Virus record (IMG/VR): IMGVR_UViG_3300032288_003839
Origin: an uncultured virus (IMG/VR IMGVR_UViG_3300032288_003839)
Taxonomy: Duplodnaviria; Heunggongvirae; Uroviricota; Caudoviricetes
Length of the DNA: 62,281 nucleotides
Direction: 5' to 3' (one strand)
The notes under the pieces were generated by a model. It was not told the DNA's origin. It saw nothing but the letters and a program-made list of their open reading frames with translations, and searched no databases. The position numbers were made by a program, and so were the translations under genes. Positions 39,075 through 50,345 of this stretch are shown in pieces (position 1 is the first letter of the stretch; the number at the start of each line of letters is the position of its first letter).

Positions 39075-40325
39075 ATGAATATGTATAACAATTACAACAA
39101 TCAAAATCAAAATCAAATGAATCAAAAATTCCCAATGAAATGGATCCTAATCGGAGCCGCATCTATCTTAGCTATTATTGTAGCAATTTTTATTAACCCA
39201 TTCGCTTGGAACGATTCCAGTGAGAGAACAGTGGTTCAGCAAGCAGGCGGTAACCAATTCGTACAATTTAAATCTGGTGTTTACTACGCTGGATTCTTCG
39301 CCAAAACAACTCAATGGCCAAATCAAATTTCAGTATCTTATCAAGACTCAGTTCCTAATATGCAATTAAATGATGGAACAATTGAGATTGGTAAAGTAAC
39401 AATCCGTTTCGGAGCTGATGCTACTTCAGCAAATGTTAGTGGTATTGTTCAATACATTCTACCTTCTGATGAATCTGAAATGATTGCAATGCACAACGCA
39501 CATAAAACACCACAATCATTAGTAGCTAAAAGATTAGCACCATATACAAAAGAGTGTTTACAATCTTCTGCTCAAATGATGTCTTCTGAAATGCACTACT
39601 CTGGTGGTCGTTCTACTATGTCTCAAGACTTTGGTGACCAATTAAGAAATGGTGTATTCATCTTAAAAACAACTGACCGTGTAATCTTTGACTCTATTGA
39701 AAATGAGAAAAAGAAAGTTTATGTAACTGAAATCATGACAACTAAAAACGGTGAACCTAAACGCAAAAACTCTTCTATTAAAGAATATGGAATTACTGTA
39801 GCTGATGCTAACATTACAGATGTTGACTATGAAAACCGAGTTGATGTGATGTTAGGTAAAAAGATTGACGCAGCAACTGCCGCTTCTATCGCTAAACAAC
39901 AATTCATTACAGCTCAACAACAAGCTTTAACTGCTAAGGCAGTAGGTGAGAAACAGTTAGTTGAAACTGAATATAAAGAAAAACAAATTCAAACACAACA
40001 AGTTGTAAAGGCTGAAACACAAGTTAAGTTGGCTGAACAAGATAAATTCAAACAAAAGATTGCCGCTGAAGCCGCTGAATTAGAAGCTAGAAAAACAAGA
40101 ATTGATGCTGACGCTCAAGCTTACGCAAACGCTAAATTAGTAGCAGCTGGTTTAACACCAACAGACAAAGCTGAATATGAAATGAAAACTAAGATTGGTG
40201 TAGCTGAGGCAATGTCTAAAATCTCTTTACCAGCTACTTACTTTAATGGTAGTGGAAATACTGGAAAAGGTAACTCTATGTTAGAAAGTATATTAGGTGT
40301 TAAGTTATTAGAAGATAAAAAATAA
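39075..40325 (+). CDS. SPFH / band-7 family membrane protein
   Basis: N-terminal TM; band-7-like core (EYGITV.DANITDVDYE); Ala/Glu/Gln coiled coil; GLTP. Confidence 0.75.
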   Translation: MNMYNNYNNQNQNQMNQKFPMKWILIGAASILAIIVAIFINPFAWNDSSERTVVQQAGGNQFVQFKSGVYYAGFFAKTTQWPNQISVSYQDSVPNMQLNDGTIEIGKVTIRFGADATSANVSGIVQYILPSDESEMIAMHNAHKTPQSLVAKRLAPYTKECLQSSAQMMSSEMHYSGGRSTMSQDFGDQLRNGVFILKTTDRVIFDSIENEKKKVYVTEIMTTKNGEPKRKNSSIKEYGITVADANITDVDYENRVDVMLGKKIDAATAASIAKQQFITAQQQALTAKAVGEKQLVETEYKEKQIQTQQVVKAETQVKLAEQDKFKQKIAAEAAELEARKTRIDADAQAYANAKLVAAGLTPTDKAEYEMKTKIGVAEAMSKISLPATYFNGSGNTGKGNSMLESILGVKLLEDKK

Positions 40326-40341
40326 CCATCTAAATTTTATT

Positions 40342-40377
40342 AAAAACCTCACTCCAAAAAAGAGTGAGGTTTTTTTG
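40342..40377 (+). terminator. Intrinsic terminator
   Basis: aaaaacctcactc-caaaaaa-gagtgaggttttttt. Confidence 0.85.
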
Positions 40378-40407
40378 TTTAATATATATTTAAAAATAAT
40401 TAATTAT

Positions 40408-40596
40408 ATGAAAAATTGGACTTCGGTTAGAGCTGTTTATTTACTAATGTCTTTAGTATTATTTGCTTCTATTCTACTTGAAAATTGGTATGTTGTTACA
40501 TTTGTAGCAGTAATGTTACAAGTTGGAACTTGGACAAAATTCTGTCCTTCTAAATGGATATTTGAAAAATTAGGATTTAAGAAATCAGAATTATAA
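40408..40596 (+). CDS. DUF2892/YgaP-like small membrane protein
   Basis: Start revised to 40408; two TM segments then T.FCP.....KLG. Confidence 0.7.
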   Translation: MKNWTSVRAVYLLMSLVLFASILLENWYVVTFVAVMLQVGTWTKFCPSKWIFEKLGFKKSEL

Positions 40597-40602
40597 AAAA
40601 CT

Positions 40603-40630
40603 AACCCATCTTTAAAAAGATGGGTTTTTT
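40603..40630 (+). terminator. Intrinsic terminator
   Basis: aacccatcttt-aa-aaagatgggtttttt. Confidence 0.8.
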
Positions 40631-40677
40631 GTTTATTAAAATTTGGAGAATTAAAAAATAGTTATTATATTTGAAGT

Positions 40678-40953
40678 ATGAAAAATATACTATCACCCGA
40701 AATTATCGAAAACGCAAGTTACTGCGAAAGACGTCTAATTGTTTATCTAATGTGTAAAAGAGGTAAACCTGGCTTACTACTTAGAAATCCAGGAGAAAAG
40801 AATACTCTTAGATTGGAAGCACTATTGAGTTTAGTTCAAAAAGGAGTTGTTAAAATATCTGACTTTAATGATAAAGTTGTTTATTTTAATTTCACTGATA
40901 AGTTTGAGTATGGAAAGATTTCCATTTCACTTGGATCTTATATCAATGTCTAA
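40678..40953 (+). CDS. Hypothetical protein
   Basis: ATG 4 nt after TATATTTG. Confidence 0.65.
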   Translation: MKNILSPEIIENASYCERRLIVYLMCKRGKPGLLLRNPGEKNTLRLEALLSLVQKGVVKISDFNDKVVYFNFTDKFEYGKISISLGSYINV

Positions 40954-41101
40954 ATTTGTTTATATACCAAGATATGGTACTAAAGGAGAAATCCTTTGGG
41001 AAAGGAATGGCTTTTTTAAAATAACATTTTTAGATAATAGTAATAAAGTAATAACTGAAATCTTTCTTAAAGAAGAGTTTGATTTCATAGACTCATTATA
41101 A
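40946..41101 (+). CDS. Small hypothetical protein
   Basis: Start revised to 40946 (MSKFVYIP). Confidence 0.55.
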   Translation: MSKFVYIPRYGTKGEILWERNGFFKITFLDNSNKVITEIFLKEEFDFIDSL

Positions 41102-41389
41102 ATGACAAAATCAAGATACACCCCAATACAATGGAAAGCAACTGTAAGTAAATGTCCTCATTGTGAATGTCTGATAGATGTTGAAGCAACATCTGATATT
41201 AGTGTTCAATGTGTTATGACATACACTTATACTAAAATGATGGATCATATTAGAAAATGCACAAACATTTCAACTATGAATCCTAAAATCAAAACTAAAA
41301 AAATGGCAAGTGTATCTGTTATGATTAAATCCAAATACTCCGGTTCAGCAATAATGTCAGAATGGAAAACATATAAACTTTCCGTATAA
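41102..41389 (+). CDS. Cys/His-containing hypothetical protein
   Basis: CPHC...H..C putative zinc site. Confidence 0.6.
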   Translation: MTKSRYTPIQWKATVSKCPHCECLIDVEATSDISVQCVMTYTYTKMMDHIRKCTNISTMNPKIKTKKMASVSVMIKSKYSGSAIMSEWKTYKLSV

Positions 41390-41405
41390 TCAAAGTATAA
41401 TTCAT

Positions 41406-42152
41406 ATGAATGTATATGAATTTATAGGAGCATCAAGATCTGGACACCACGCGGTAATAAACTGGGCTTTCAAAAATCTTTGTGGTAGTGAATATGATAT
41501 GCATGGTAAGTTCAAGGAAAACAAAGAATCGGGTCTTTATTACATCAATGAGGCAAACTTAGACTTAAGATTAATTAATGATTATCTACCAAAGATATCA
41601 AATAATTGTGAATGTCTTTTTTTAAGTTATGAAAACTCTCAAAGTGATTTTTCACTATTCTCACCTAATTTTAAATATAAAGGACCTTTAGACTTTAAAT
41701 CACCTTTCTTTTCCAAAAAACCAGATTCTAGAAAAAGAATCATTCTTATTAGAGATTTTTATAACAATCTAGCATCTAGAATAAAAGCAAATCTTAATAA
41801 TATATCTGCAAATGTACCTCTACACCCATCCGGTGATGTTAGTATTAATTTTATTAATATGTGGAAAAGCTATGCTAGAGACATAGTAAATAATAGATGC
41901 TACTCAATTAAGTTTGAAGATTGGATATCAAATAAAGAAGTAAGAGTAAAATTTCTACATGATGTTTTTGGAATAAATGAACTTTATGATAGCTCAAATA
42001 TCACTGGTACTATAAGCTCTTTTGGAAATGATGAAGTAACAAATAGAATTAACCAAATAGAAATTGATGATAATATTAAGAATATTATTAATTCAGATAC
42101 AGAATTAAAAGACCTAGTAGAAGCATTAGGATATAAAATTTATAATTTATGA
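41406..42152 (+). CDS. Sulfotransferase-fold protein
   Basis: GASRSGHHA (5'-PSB-like); LIRDFYNNLASR (3'-PB-like); IKFEDW. Confidence 0.6.
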   Translation: MNVYEFIGASRSGHHAVINWAFKNLCGSEYDMHGKFKENKESGLYYINEANLDLRLINDYLPKISNNCECLFLSYENSQSDFSLFSPNFKYKGPLDFKSPFFSKKPDSRKRIILIRDFYNNLASRIKANLNNISANVPLHPSGDVSINFINMWKSYARDIVNNRCYSIKFEDWISNKEVRVKFLHDVFGINELYDSSNITGTISSFGNDEVTNRINQIEIDDNIKNIINSDTELKDLVEALGYKIYNL

Positions 42153-42511
42153 TAAAAGAAGTAGATAATTTAGACAAAAAAATGACCATATCATTAGACT
42201 TTGATGGTGTGATACATAAATACTCAAAGGGATTTCAAGGTTTACACAATGCTTATGATGAACCAATGGAAGGAGCTGAAGAAGCAATTAAGTCATTATA
42301 TGAGCAAGGATTCATTCTAAAGATACTTTCTTCTCGACCTAAGGAAACTATTGAAGAATGGTTAGATAAGTGGAACCTGAGTAAATATATCACTGAGGTG
42401 AGTAATTTCAAATTTCCAGCAACAATCTATATAGATGATAGAGGATTACATTTTATGGATTGGAATCAAGCATTAGAAGATTTGAAAAAACATCCAAAAT
42501 TAAAAAATTAA
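42149..42511 (+). CDS. HAD-superfamily protein
   Basis: LDFDGVIH.Y; ILSSR; K.PA.IYIDDRG..F..W. Confidence 0.85.
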   Translation: MIKEVDNLDKKMTISLDFDGVIHKYSKGFQGLHNAYDEPMEGAEEAIKSLYEQGFILKILSSRPKETIEEWLDKWNLSKYITEVSNFKFPATIYIDDRGLHFMDWNQALEDLKKHPKLKN

Positions 42512-42539
42512 AAAAACCCACCAATTGGTGGGTTTTTTT
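42511..42539. terminator. Bidirectional intrinsic terminator
   Basis: aaaaaacccacc-aatt-ggtgggtttttt. Confidence 0.85.
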
Positions 42540-42714
42540 ATACTTCTTTTTGTTCTTTTAATTTATATCTATTACCATTGTGAGTAATAAATAATAAATC
42601 ACTTAATGATTCTGTTTTCTCCCATATTTCAATAAATCCAGATTGACCTTCAAATGGTTTAGTTATTAAACCATCTTCTGTAAACTTAATAAATCCTTTA
42701 GTTGTTTTATCCAT
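42538..42714 (-). CDS. Hypothetical protein (58 aa), absent from the ORF track
   Basis: MDKTTKGFIKFTEDG...; TATATA motif upstream; stop lies at the terminator. Confidence 0.65.
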   Translation of the reverse strand: MDKTTKGFIKFTEDGLITKPFEGQSGFIEIWEKTESLSDLLFITHNGNRYKLKEQKEV

Positions 42715-42805
42715 AGTTAAAATAATTTTTGTTATATATAATTTTTAATTAATATAAATTCATATATTTGTTAAATGAAGAAGTCAGAAGTTAGACCAAT
42801 TAGGG

Positions 42806-44371
42806 TTATAAACCAAATCTAGATTTAGTTAAGTTCCAAATAGAACTAATTTGTCCAGAAACTAATGATACATCATAGATATCTACTTTAGCTAATTTAC
42901 CATCCCAATAATCAGGATTGTCCCATCTTCTCATCAGTCTAATTCCACCTTGAGATGATATTGATGTACCTGAGTAATTAGAACTTGCAACTAAAGTGTT
43001 ATTTACATATAATTTATTTGAAACACCATCATAAGTACCAACAATGTAGTACCAGTTATTAGGAGTTAAGCTATAAAGACCACTTGTTCTCCATCCACCA
43101 TCAAAGAATCCTGAGCTTATACCATTACTGTAGTTATCACCTATTGAATAGTTTATTTGACCTGCAATCCCAGGATAGACTTCAGTCACAATACACATAC
43201 CAGATCCCACATTATTACCAGTATAATAATGCCAAACACCAACCGACCATTGACTTAAGTTAGGTAGACTTGTATTAGTTTGAGCATATTGAGCACTAGA
43301 TGCGTTAAATGTAAAATAACCACCATTACTAGATGACCAACTTGGACTATTATATAATGTGAATTGCTTTCCTCCAATGGAATCTACCCAACTACCACTA
43401 GTGTAATCAGCAGCATCTAATGATAAAACAGGAGTTATATAAGAAGTCCAATAACCATGTGTATTTAACCAATTCTTAGCAACCAAGGAATCAGAAAATG
43501 TAGGACCAGAATTATATCTAGCTGAAACATAATTTGCTAAAGATACAAAAGATTCATCATTTAATGTATTAGTTCTTAAAAAACCAATTGATGCTGTTTT
43601 ATTTCCTAAAAAATTATAACCTGAAGGATAACCATATTTTGGATAATTTAATATAGTCATTTCACCATATATAGTTGGGCAAAGTGCTGGGTAAAAAGAA
43701 TTTAATCCAGCCATTCCTAAACTACCACTATCTGTTGATGGGTTCTGACTCACATCATTATTCCAGTAACCACCATTTACTCTTATCCAGATTTTAGGTG
43801 ATGCTCCTATACTAATAGCAATATCAATAATATCACCACTAGTCCATGTTGGTAATCCAGATGCTTGTACACTTCCATTAAAATAATATTTACCATCATC
43901 AGAGAATCCAAGGCTTTGAGTATCATTTCCAGGATACGCACCAAAAGGATTTCCTTGATAATTCATTGAATGTCTTCCAACACCTATAGCTCTAGATCCA
44001 ACACCAACTGGTGGATTAGAAGAGGTGAATCTTACACTAAACATCACCTTATCAGTACCTGATATTAATGTTGAACCTAAAACAGATTGTTGATATGAAA
44101 ATATCTGAGTAGCGGTCTGATTTGAATTACTAAGAGAGATATCAGTAGCCTTGTGAGTCGGATCTAAATAAAGACTGTCTTCTGGAACTGGAGTATATTG
44201 GTTATTTAAAGGAGAAGGAATAGCAATAACATATCCAGTTGATTCGTCTGGGCCTATCCAATAATTTAATTCACCAAATCCAGCAGTTGGATATCCAACA
44301 GATACACTACCTACTTGAATTGTTCCTGATACTGTTACACCATTTGGGTTATATGCGAAAGGTCTAGACAT
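42806..44371 (-). CDS. Putative virion fibre/adhesin: split N-terminal module with SPRY-like insert, plus LamG domain
   Basis: SRPFAYN..GYVIA..SFV.LAN..WL..GYWTSY; GDIIDIA..IW.RVNG; WYYIVGTYDG..LYVN; final LamG strand IYD. Confidence 0.75.
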   Translation of the reverse strand: MSRPFAYNPNGVTVSGTIQVGSVSVGYPTAGFGELNYWIGPDESTGYVIAIPSPLNNQYTPVPEDSLYLDPTHKATDISLSNSNQTATQIFSYQQSVLGSTLISGTDKVMFSVRFTSSNPPVGVGSRAIGVGRHSMNYQGNPFGAYPGNDTQSLGFSDDGKYYFNGSVQASGLPTWTSGDIIDIAISIGASPKIWIRVNGGYWNNDVSQNPSTDSGSLGMAGLNSFYPALCPTIYGEMTILNYPKYGYPSGYNFLGNKTASIGFLRTNTLNDESFVSLANYVSARYNSGPTFSDSLVAKNWLNTHGYWTSYITPVLSLDAADYTSGSWVDSIGGKQFTLYNSPSWSSSNGGYFTFNASSAQYAQTNTSLPNLSQWSVGVWHYYTGNNVGSGMCIVTEVYPGIAGQINYSIGDNYSNGISSGFFDGGWRTSGLYSLTPNNWYYIVGTYDGVSNKLYVNNTLVASSNYSGTSISSQGGIRLMRRWDNPDYWDGKLAKVDIYDVSLVSGQISSIWNLTKSRFGL

Positions 44372-44399
44372 TCTAATTTATATTTTTTTATATATTAAG

Positions 44400-47300
44400 T
44401 TACAAACCATATCTACTTTTTCTATTATTATAATTTTGTAATACTTCTGTTGAAGTCAATGCTTTATTGTATATTCTAAAATCACCTATAGTTCCTTTTA
44501 TGTATCTATTATATCCTCCTTTATTAGCACTAATCGCCATAACTCTACCAGTTCCATCTAAATAAGATGATCCTGATCCAGTAAATGATGATACACTATT
44601 TATATAAATCACAACACTTCCGCCACTTTTAGTAATAACCAAATGAAAGTAAGTATTAGTTAAAGGAACTTGGAAGTTGCAAATATTAAATCCACTCCCA
44701 TTCCACCAAGCAAAGTAAAAATTATTAGTACCAATACCAGCATCTGCATTTTGTTGAATAACAAAACCACCTAATCCTGGGGGACCAGCATGACTATAAT
44801 CTAATATATCAGCATAAGCCATTTGAGCACCATCCAACTTAAGGAATGTATCTATTGTAATATCACCAGTAGATAGATTTGTAGCTGAGAAATCAATATA
44901 ATCATTAACACCATCAAGAATCATAACACCACCATCAGCAGAACTATAAGAAACTCCATTTGTTAGTGTTCCATTATTACCATTAGATGTGAGATCATAC
45001 CAAGTTGTTCCTGTTCCAGGATAAGATGAAGCGGATCCAGCATCTAAACTTAGTATTAATTGATCTGGTGAAAATCTCCATTTAGTATCATTATAATTTT
45101 GAAGAACTTCAGTTGATGTTAACGCTCTATTATATACTTGTAAAATGGCTATATTACCTTTAAATGGTCCTTGAACACCACTACTTGGTATCGCACCCAA
45201 TAGTATTTCTTGAGGATCTATATTAATTAATGTATCATTTAATATAGATGTTGATACGGTGTAACCATTAACATACAATTTAATATCCGAGAAATTGGAA
45301 GGTCCGTTATTAACAGTAAAACTAACATTAATCCAACTCATACTACCATAATCAAATGATGATGATTCATATATTCCAGTATTAGCTCCTTCTATGTATA
45401 AGTTATTAGCTAACCAAATACCTAATCTAGCACCAGAGTAACTATTACCACCTATGCCAAATATCTCTTCTCCGATAGAATATCCTCTTTTAGATAAGAA
45501 CCAAGCATTAACACTTAAACTTTTACTACCATATGGTATCTTATTTATATCATAATAAATACTGGCATAGTCATTAACACCATCAAATATCATGGAACCA
45601 CCACCCTCAACAGAACTGAACGAAACCCCATTTATCAATGTAGCATCATTATTATATAGACTTAAATCATACCAAGTTGTTCCTGTTCCAGGATATGATA
45701 ATATGTTACCAGCATCAAGATTTAATACTAATGACTCAGCATCAAATATTGGCTTATATGTATTATAATTACTTAGAACTTGAGTTGCATTAAGAACTGT
45801 GGTGTAAATTGCAGGTCTTCCTATTTTATGCTTAAAGAATTCTTGAGATCCAACATAACTACCTATTAATAAAGGATTAGATGAATTAAATAGTATATCT
45901 CCTGTTTGTGATGAAGTAGTACCAATAAGAACACCATTTGAATAAACACTCATTGTTCCAGATTCATATGTTGCCACTAAATGTGTCCACTTATAAAGAT
46001 AATCATTTGGATTAATAGCAATATCAAACTCAACATAACCATTAGTTGTTTTTACACCGAATGTCACACAATTACCTAATTCAGGTTGGAATACTAACAT
46101 ATAAGTAGGTAAACCACTCTCCAGTCTTAATACTTCACGATAGGTTGATAAGTCTGTAGGATTAACCCAAGCCTCTAAAGTTATTTGAGGTGGTGTTATT
46201 GTTCCATCATTAGTTATCTCAGCATAATCATTTAATCCATCAAGTGTATAAGTATATGTAGATGAATTATAAATAGCACCATTTAGTAAAGTTGAACTTC
46301 TAGAAGTACCATCTAAATACCAAACACCACCGGTTGGTGAAGATGTTGTAGTTGTAGTTGTAGTATTGGTAAATGTTCCATCACCATCAGTAATTGTCCA
46401 ATTATAAGTATCAACAATATACAACTTATTTGATAAAGAAGCACTGCTACCTAAAATATTACCCATATTTAAAGTCACACCAGATTGAAGTGTTAAAAGA
46501 GACCAAGAGTTTAATAAGTTATCATAGTTTGTAACTGAATAATTTGTGTCATCTTTACCAGTCATGAAATCAAACATATCAGTCACATTAGATACATCCC
46601 AACTACTAATATCTTGGTCGAATGAAGTTGCGTTGTTGAACATGTTACTCATATCAGTCACGCTAGAAACTGTCCAACTTCCGATAGGTTGATTAAATGC
46701 AGTTGCAAAACCGAACATTTGATTCATATTAGTAACACTAGATACATTCCATGAGTTGATTGATGATGTACCACCATTATTAAATGATGAATGCACGAAC
46801 ATATAATTCATATTAGTAACACTAGATACATTCCAACTTCCGATATCTTGATTAAAAGGATGACTATCTTTACTATAGAACATAGCCGTCATATCAGTTA
46901 CACTAGAAACATCCCAAGATCCAATTGGTTGGTTAAATTGTGCGTATGCGAACATATTAAACATATTAGTTACATTAGAAACATTCCAAGAACTAATATC
47001 TTGATTAAATGTGGAACTAGAGAACATATCACTCATATTAGTTACACTCGAAACATTCCAAGAACTAATATCTTGGTCAAATGGTGATCCAGAGAACATA
47101 GCACTCATATCAGTCACACTAGATACTGTCCAATATCCAATAGGTTGATTAAATAATATTGCAGATTGGAACATACCACCCATATCACTCACATTAGAAA
47201 CATTCCAAGAACTAATATCTTGGTTAAATATAGAACTAGCGAACATACCATTCATATTAGTTACCGATGAAACATTCCAAGAACCAATATCTTGATTGAA

Positions 47301-48452
47301 TGAAGAGTTTTGGAACATACCACCCATATCAGTCACACTAGATACTGTCCAATATCCAATATTCTGATCAAATTGTGATGTATTGAACATACTATTCATA
47401 TTAGTAACACTAGAAACATCCCAAGAACTAATATCCTGATTAAACTGTGAATTATAGAACATACAACTCATATCAGTTACATTAGAAACGGTCCAACTTC
47501 CAATAGGTTGGTCAAATGATGAACTACTAAACATAAAACTCATATTAGTAACATTTGATACATCCCAACTTACAATATCTTGATTAAATGAAGTTGTATC
47601 AAACATACTATACATATTAGTAACACCCGACACGTCCCAAGACTCTATATTATTAATTGTTGTTATAGTTCCACAATTAACAAACATACCAGATAGATTA
47701 GTAACACCATCTAAATTCAATACATCAGAAACCGCACTTAAATCTAAGTTATAACATCCACCAAAATGATATGAATTAGTAGGTCCTAACTTTAAATTAC
47801 CCCATTGTAAAACTGATGTAATTTTATCAATAGGTTGTCCCTGATCACCTTGGTTAAATGACCAACCATCAATTACCCCATCAATATAAACTAACTTTTC
47901 ACCACCAGTTGCATAAGTATGTGTTGTCTCTGGTTGGTCCCAGGTAGTAATAGATGAAGTTAGCCCATCTCCCCAGTTAACAACAAAACTATAACTACCA
48001 TTAGATACTAATGGTAATGCAATTGTTGGATTACCATCTCCATAATTTGTGTTCCAATTCATAATAAATGCGCCAGCTGGTATAGATGGATATGATGACC
48101 AGTATCCATTTGACTCTAACCAAGTTTTAGCATCAAATCCATTGGTGAAACTTTGACCAGTAAATCTTTTATTTACTAAATCAACAAAGGAACCTTCAGT
48201 TTTATCAACACTTCTCCAAAATCCAACTGAGGTACCACTAACTAAACCAGCACCATTGCCCCAAGTTCTACCAGAACCACCATCATGAGCTATAACATAT
48301 CCTGAATCCTCTTCAGTACCATTATACCATTCCAATCCACTACCACCGATATCTAATCCAGGTAATCCGACTAGTATATTTCCAAATCTTTGAGTATTTG
48401 GTATATCTATTCCCATATATGGGTAGTATGTAAAAGGTCTTGATGTTGGCAT
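44400..48452 (-). CDS. Large putative fibre/adhesin: N-terminal module, PKD-like domain, DUF285/BspA-type repeats, three LamG domains
   Basis: VNWGDG..HTY; 15 FNQ.I..W.VS.VT.M..MF repeats; LDAG...[12 protein letters not shown] twice; IYN.ALT..EV.QNYN. Confidence 0.85.
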   Translation of the reverse strand: MPTSRPFTYYPYMGIDIPNTQRFGNILVGLPGLDIGGSGLEWYNGTEEDSGYVIAHDGGSGRTWGNGAGLVSGTSVGFWRSVDKTEGSFVDLVNKRFTGQSFTNGFDAKTWLESNGYWSSYPSIPAGAFIMNWNTNYGDGNPTIALPLVSNGSYSFVVNWGDGLTSSITTWDQPETTHTYATGGEKLVYIDGVIDGWSFNQGDQGQPIDKITSVLQWGNLKLGPTNSYHFGGCYNLDLSAVSDVLNLDGVTNLSGMFVNCGTITTINNIESWDVSGVTNMYSMFDTTSFNQDIVSWDVSNVTNMSFMFSSSSFDQPIGSWTVSNVTDMSCMFYNSQFNQDISSWDVSSVTNMNSMFNTSQFDQNIGYWTVSSVTDMGGMFQNSSFNQDIGSWNVSSVTNMNGMFASSIFNQDISSWNVSNVSDMGGMFQSAILFNQPIGYWTVSSVTDMSAMFSGSPFDQDISSWNVSSVTNMSDMFSSSTFNQDISSWNVSNVTNMFNMFAYAQFNQPIGSWDVSSVTDMTAMFYSKDSHPFNQDIGSWNVSSVTNMNYMFVHSSFNNGGTSSINSWNVSSVTNMNQMFGFATAFNQPIGSWTVSSVTDMSNMFNNATSFDQDISSWDVSNVTDMFDFMTGKDDTNYSVTNYDNLLNSWSLLTLQSGVTLNMGNILGSSASLSNKLYIVDTYNWTITDGDGTFTNTTTTTTTSSPTGGVWYLDGTSRSSTLLNGAIYNSSTYTYTLDGLNDYAEITNDGTITPPQITLEAWVNPTDLSTYREVLRLESGLPTYMLVFQPELGNCVTFGVKTTNGYVEFDIAINPNDYLYKWTHLVATYESGTMSVYSNGVLIGTTSSQTGDILFNSSNPLLIGSYVGSQEFFKHKIGRPAIYTTVLNATQVLSNYNTYKPIFDAESLVLNLDAGNILSYPGTGTTWYDLSLYNNDATLINGVSFSSVEGGGSMIFDGVNDYASIYYDINKIPYGSKSLSVNAWFLSKRGYSIGEEIFGIGGNSYSGARLGIWLANNLYIEGANTGIYESSSFDYGSMSWINVSFTVNNGPSNFSDIKLYVNGYTVSTSILNDTLINIDPQEILLGAIPSSGVQGPFKGNIAILQVYNRALTSTEVLQNYNDTKWRFSPDQLILSLDAGSASSYPGTGTTWYDLTSNGNNGTLTNGVSYSSADGGVMILDGVNDYIDFSATNLSTGDITIDTFLKLDGAQMAYADILDYSHAGPPGLGGFVIQQNADAGIGTNNFYFAWWNGSGFNICNFQVPLTNTYFHLVITKSGGSVVIYINSVSSFTGSGSSYLDGTGRVMAISANKGGYNRYIKGTIGDFRIYNKALTSTEVLQNYNNRKSRYGL
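46555..47700 (-). repeat. Coding tandem repeat, about 72-nt unit (DUF285/BspA-type)
   Basis: 15 mostly 24-aa units; boundaries approximate. Confidence 0.85.
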
Positions 48453-48503
48453 AGGTTAATTATTTTTGATATTGTATATATTAAAATAAATGATTATAAA
48501 CAT

Positions 48504-48531
48504 GAAAAAACCCCCAATAAGGTGGGTTTCT
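48504..48531 (-). terminator. Probable intrinsic terminator
   Basis: Imperfect hairpin aaaccc.cc-aataa-gg.gggttt flanked by A/T runs. Confidence 0.55.
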
Positions 48532-48533
48532 TT

Positions 48534-48647
48534 TTATTTCTCTTTTAGACTTTTAAGAACTTCTTCATTCTTTTTAATTCTCTTAAGATTCTTAACCAGG
48601 TTTTTTCTGTTTCTACCCGGTCTACCTTGTTTTCTTGCTTTACCCAT
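48534..48647 (-). CDS. Small basic protein (37 aa), absent from the ORF track
   Basis: MGKARKQGRPGRNRKNLVKNLKRIKKNEEVLKSLKEK; lies between the 48657 gene and a terminator. Confidence 0.65.
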   Translation of the reverse strand: MGKARKQGRPGRNRKNLVKNLKRIKKNEEVLKSLKEK

Positions 48648-48656
48648 TGCAGTGGT

Positions 48657-49142
48657 TTATTTTTTGTTATGATACATATCAACTAAGAAATGAGTTCTTT
48701 CATCAGGGTTTGTAACCTTAATGTAATTAACAACATCAATATCTCGGAAGTTAGACATGAAATGATTATTCTGAGTTTTAATAGCAGGTATACTAATTCT
48801 CTTCAATCCCTTAACTCTTGAAATCTCTAAATTATCTTTATTTAATTTATATAAATAATATGGAATTTTAATATAACTAAATCCTTGCTTACCAGGAACA
48901 TCTTCTAATATCTCAATCTTTGACCTATCTAAATTAACTCTATGTATAGATATATCATATGAGAATCTATTATCCATAAATATACCATTTAACATTCTCT
49001 CTTTAATATTAAGTATACCAATTGAAGAACCACCAGATGTAATCATATAAGCACCAATGATAGATTTATCCTCAGGTGAGTAAATAACTTTATCAAAATC
49101 TCTTTCAGTTGTTAAATTTTCAAATGTCTTTAAGTATTTCAT
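48657..49142 (-). CDS. Hypothetical protein with N-terminal tag
   Basis: Starts MKYLKTFENL; TAATATATA 4 nt upstream. Confidence 0.75.
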   Translation of the reverse strand: MKYLKTFENLTTERDFDKVIYSPEDKSIIGAYMITSGGSSIGILNIKERMLNGIFMDNRFSYDISIHRVNLDRSKIEILEDVPGKQGFSYIKIPYYLYKLNKDNLEISRVKGLKRISIPAIKTQNNHFMSNFRDIDVVNYIKVTNPDERTHFLVDMYHNKK

Positions 49143-49160
49143 ATTGTATATATTAATTAA

Positions 49161-49490
49161 TTATCTTAACATCCAGTCACCACCAATATTCTTGAATTTG
49201 GATACATCATATTTATACTCATATATCCAACATTCTATATCTGTTGATGTTCTTATTCTACCCCTAACATATTCATCTCCTTCAAATTCATCTAACTGTG
49301 GAAATATAGAAGAGTCTATTAGATAAACATCTCCGATTACCTTTCCATCACCTCTCACAAAACCAGGATAAAAATCATTAACACGGTAGATATTGCCATT
49401 AACAGATGCTTTACCACAGAATTTAGATCCTTCTAAAAGTCCTTTACCAGAGTCTCTAAAAACCCCATATACAAAAATATATTCATCCAT
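49161..49490 (-). CDS. Gamma-glutamylcyclotransferase (AIG2-like), second copy
   Basis: IFVYG; YPG; V.GDVY; LDEFEG.EY.R; WIY.Y; GDW. Confidence 0.85.
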   Translation of the reverse strand: MDEYIFVYGVFRDSGKGLLEGSKFCGKASVNGNIYRVNDFYPGFVRGDGKVIGDVYLIDSSIFPQLDEFEGDEYVRGRIRTSTDIECWIYEYKYDVSKFKNIGGDWMLR

Positions 49491-49533
49491 CTTTAGTGTT
49501 GTATATATTAATTTAATTAATTATATTTGTAAT

Positions 49534-49737
49534 ATGAACCCTTCATGTAGAAATTGCATTTACTTTAAACAAAAAGAAAGTAATGATGGTTGGTATAATA
49601 CAAGAACAATGTATTCTTGTGAATATCATAATCTAAATAAAGGCGAAGTAAATCACCCAGACTCACAAAGGTGTGAAGATTGGGTAGATATAAAAGTAAA
49701 ATTAAGAAACGAGAAAATAGATAAAATATTAAAATGA
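49534..49737 (+). CDS. Cys-rich small protein with C-terminal RxxKI tag
   Basis: Start revised to 49534, 4 nt after TATATTTG; CRNC..C..C; ends LRNEKIDKILK. Confidence 0.75.
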   Translation: MNPSCRNCIYFKQKESNDGWYNTRTMYSCEYHNLNKGEVNHPDSQRCEDWVDIKVKLRNEKIDKILK

Positions 49738-50345
49738 ATTATATAAAATACCTACTATCATTTATTAAAGAACTTATTTTCAATAATAAGATTAAGTTTA
49801 TATTTATAATAATAGCAAGTGTCTTGTTCTACTATGCTGGAACAATACCAAACTCTATTGAAAGCAATAAGATTGTAAAAGAAATTCAAATTGATGATAA
49901 AGTATATCTCTATGTTAGAAGCTCTGTTCAAAATAATCAAATAAATTATGATATTATTCAATCTGATAGACCACAAAAAGTAACTAACGGTATACTACTC
50001 ACATCTGAATATCACGGTGGTAATGTTGCTATGTGGGTTCTATTTGGTATAATATCTCTCGTTTTATTTATATTTACAGTAGTAACATGGGGTGAATCAG
50101 AAGGTTGGGAAATAAATGACTGTTTAGAAAAAGCTTTTCTATCTTTAGTAGAATGCGAATTTGAAGATGGTAAATATTATTATACCTGTTGTGGTAAATT
50201 GTTGGGTATAAAAGAACATAAAGTAACTCACCAATATATCTTGGGTGAGTTTAGAGTTAGAGGATTTGATGAATTAAAGACTTGTCCAAAATTTGAAACT
50301 AAGTCTCAAAGAAGAGAGAAAAGTCTAAAAGAATTAGGAATATAA
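49734..50345 (+). CDS. Two-TM protein with C-terminal tag
   Basis: Ends RREKSLKELGI. Confidence 0.75.
   Translation: MNYIKYLLSFIKELIFNNKIKFIFIIIASVLFYYAGTIPNSIESNKIVKEIQIDDKVYLYVRSSVQNNQINYDIIQSDRPQKVTNGILLTSEYHGGNVAMWVLFGIISLVLFIFTVVTWGESEGWEINDCLEKAFLSLVECEFEDGKYYYTCCGKLLGIKEHKVTHQYILGEFRVRGFDELKTCPKFETKSQRREKSLKELGI

Noticed and set aside
46555..47700. CRISPR array or diversity-generating-retroelement repeats
   Set aside because: The repeats are in-frame, degenerate coding units of about 72 nt with no constant repeat/unique spacer pattern. No cas or reverse transcriptase gene is in the window.
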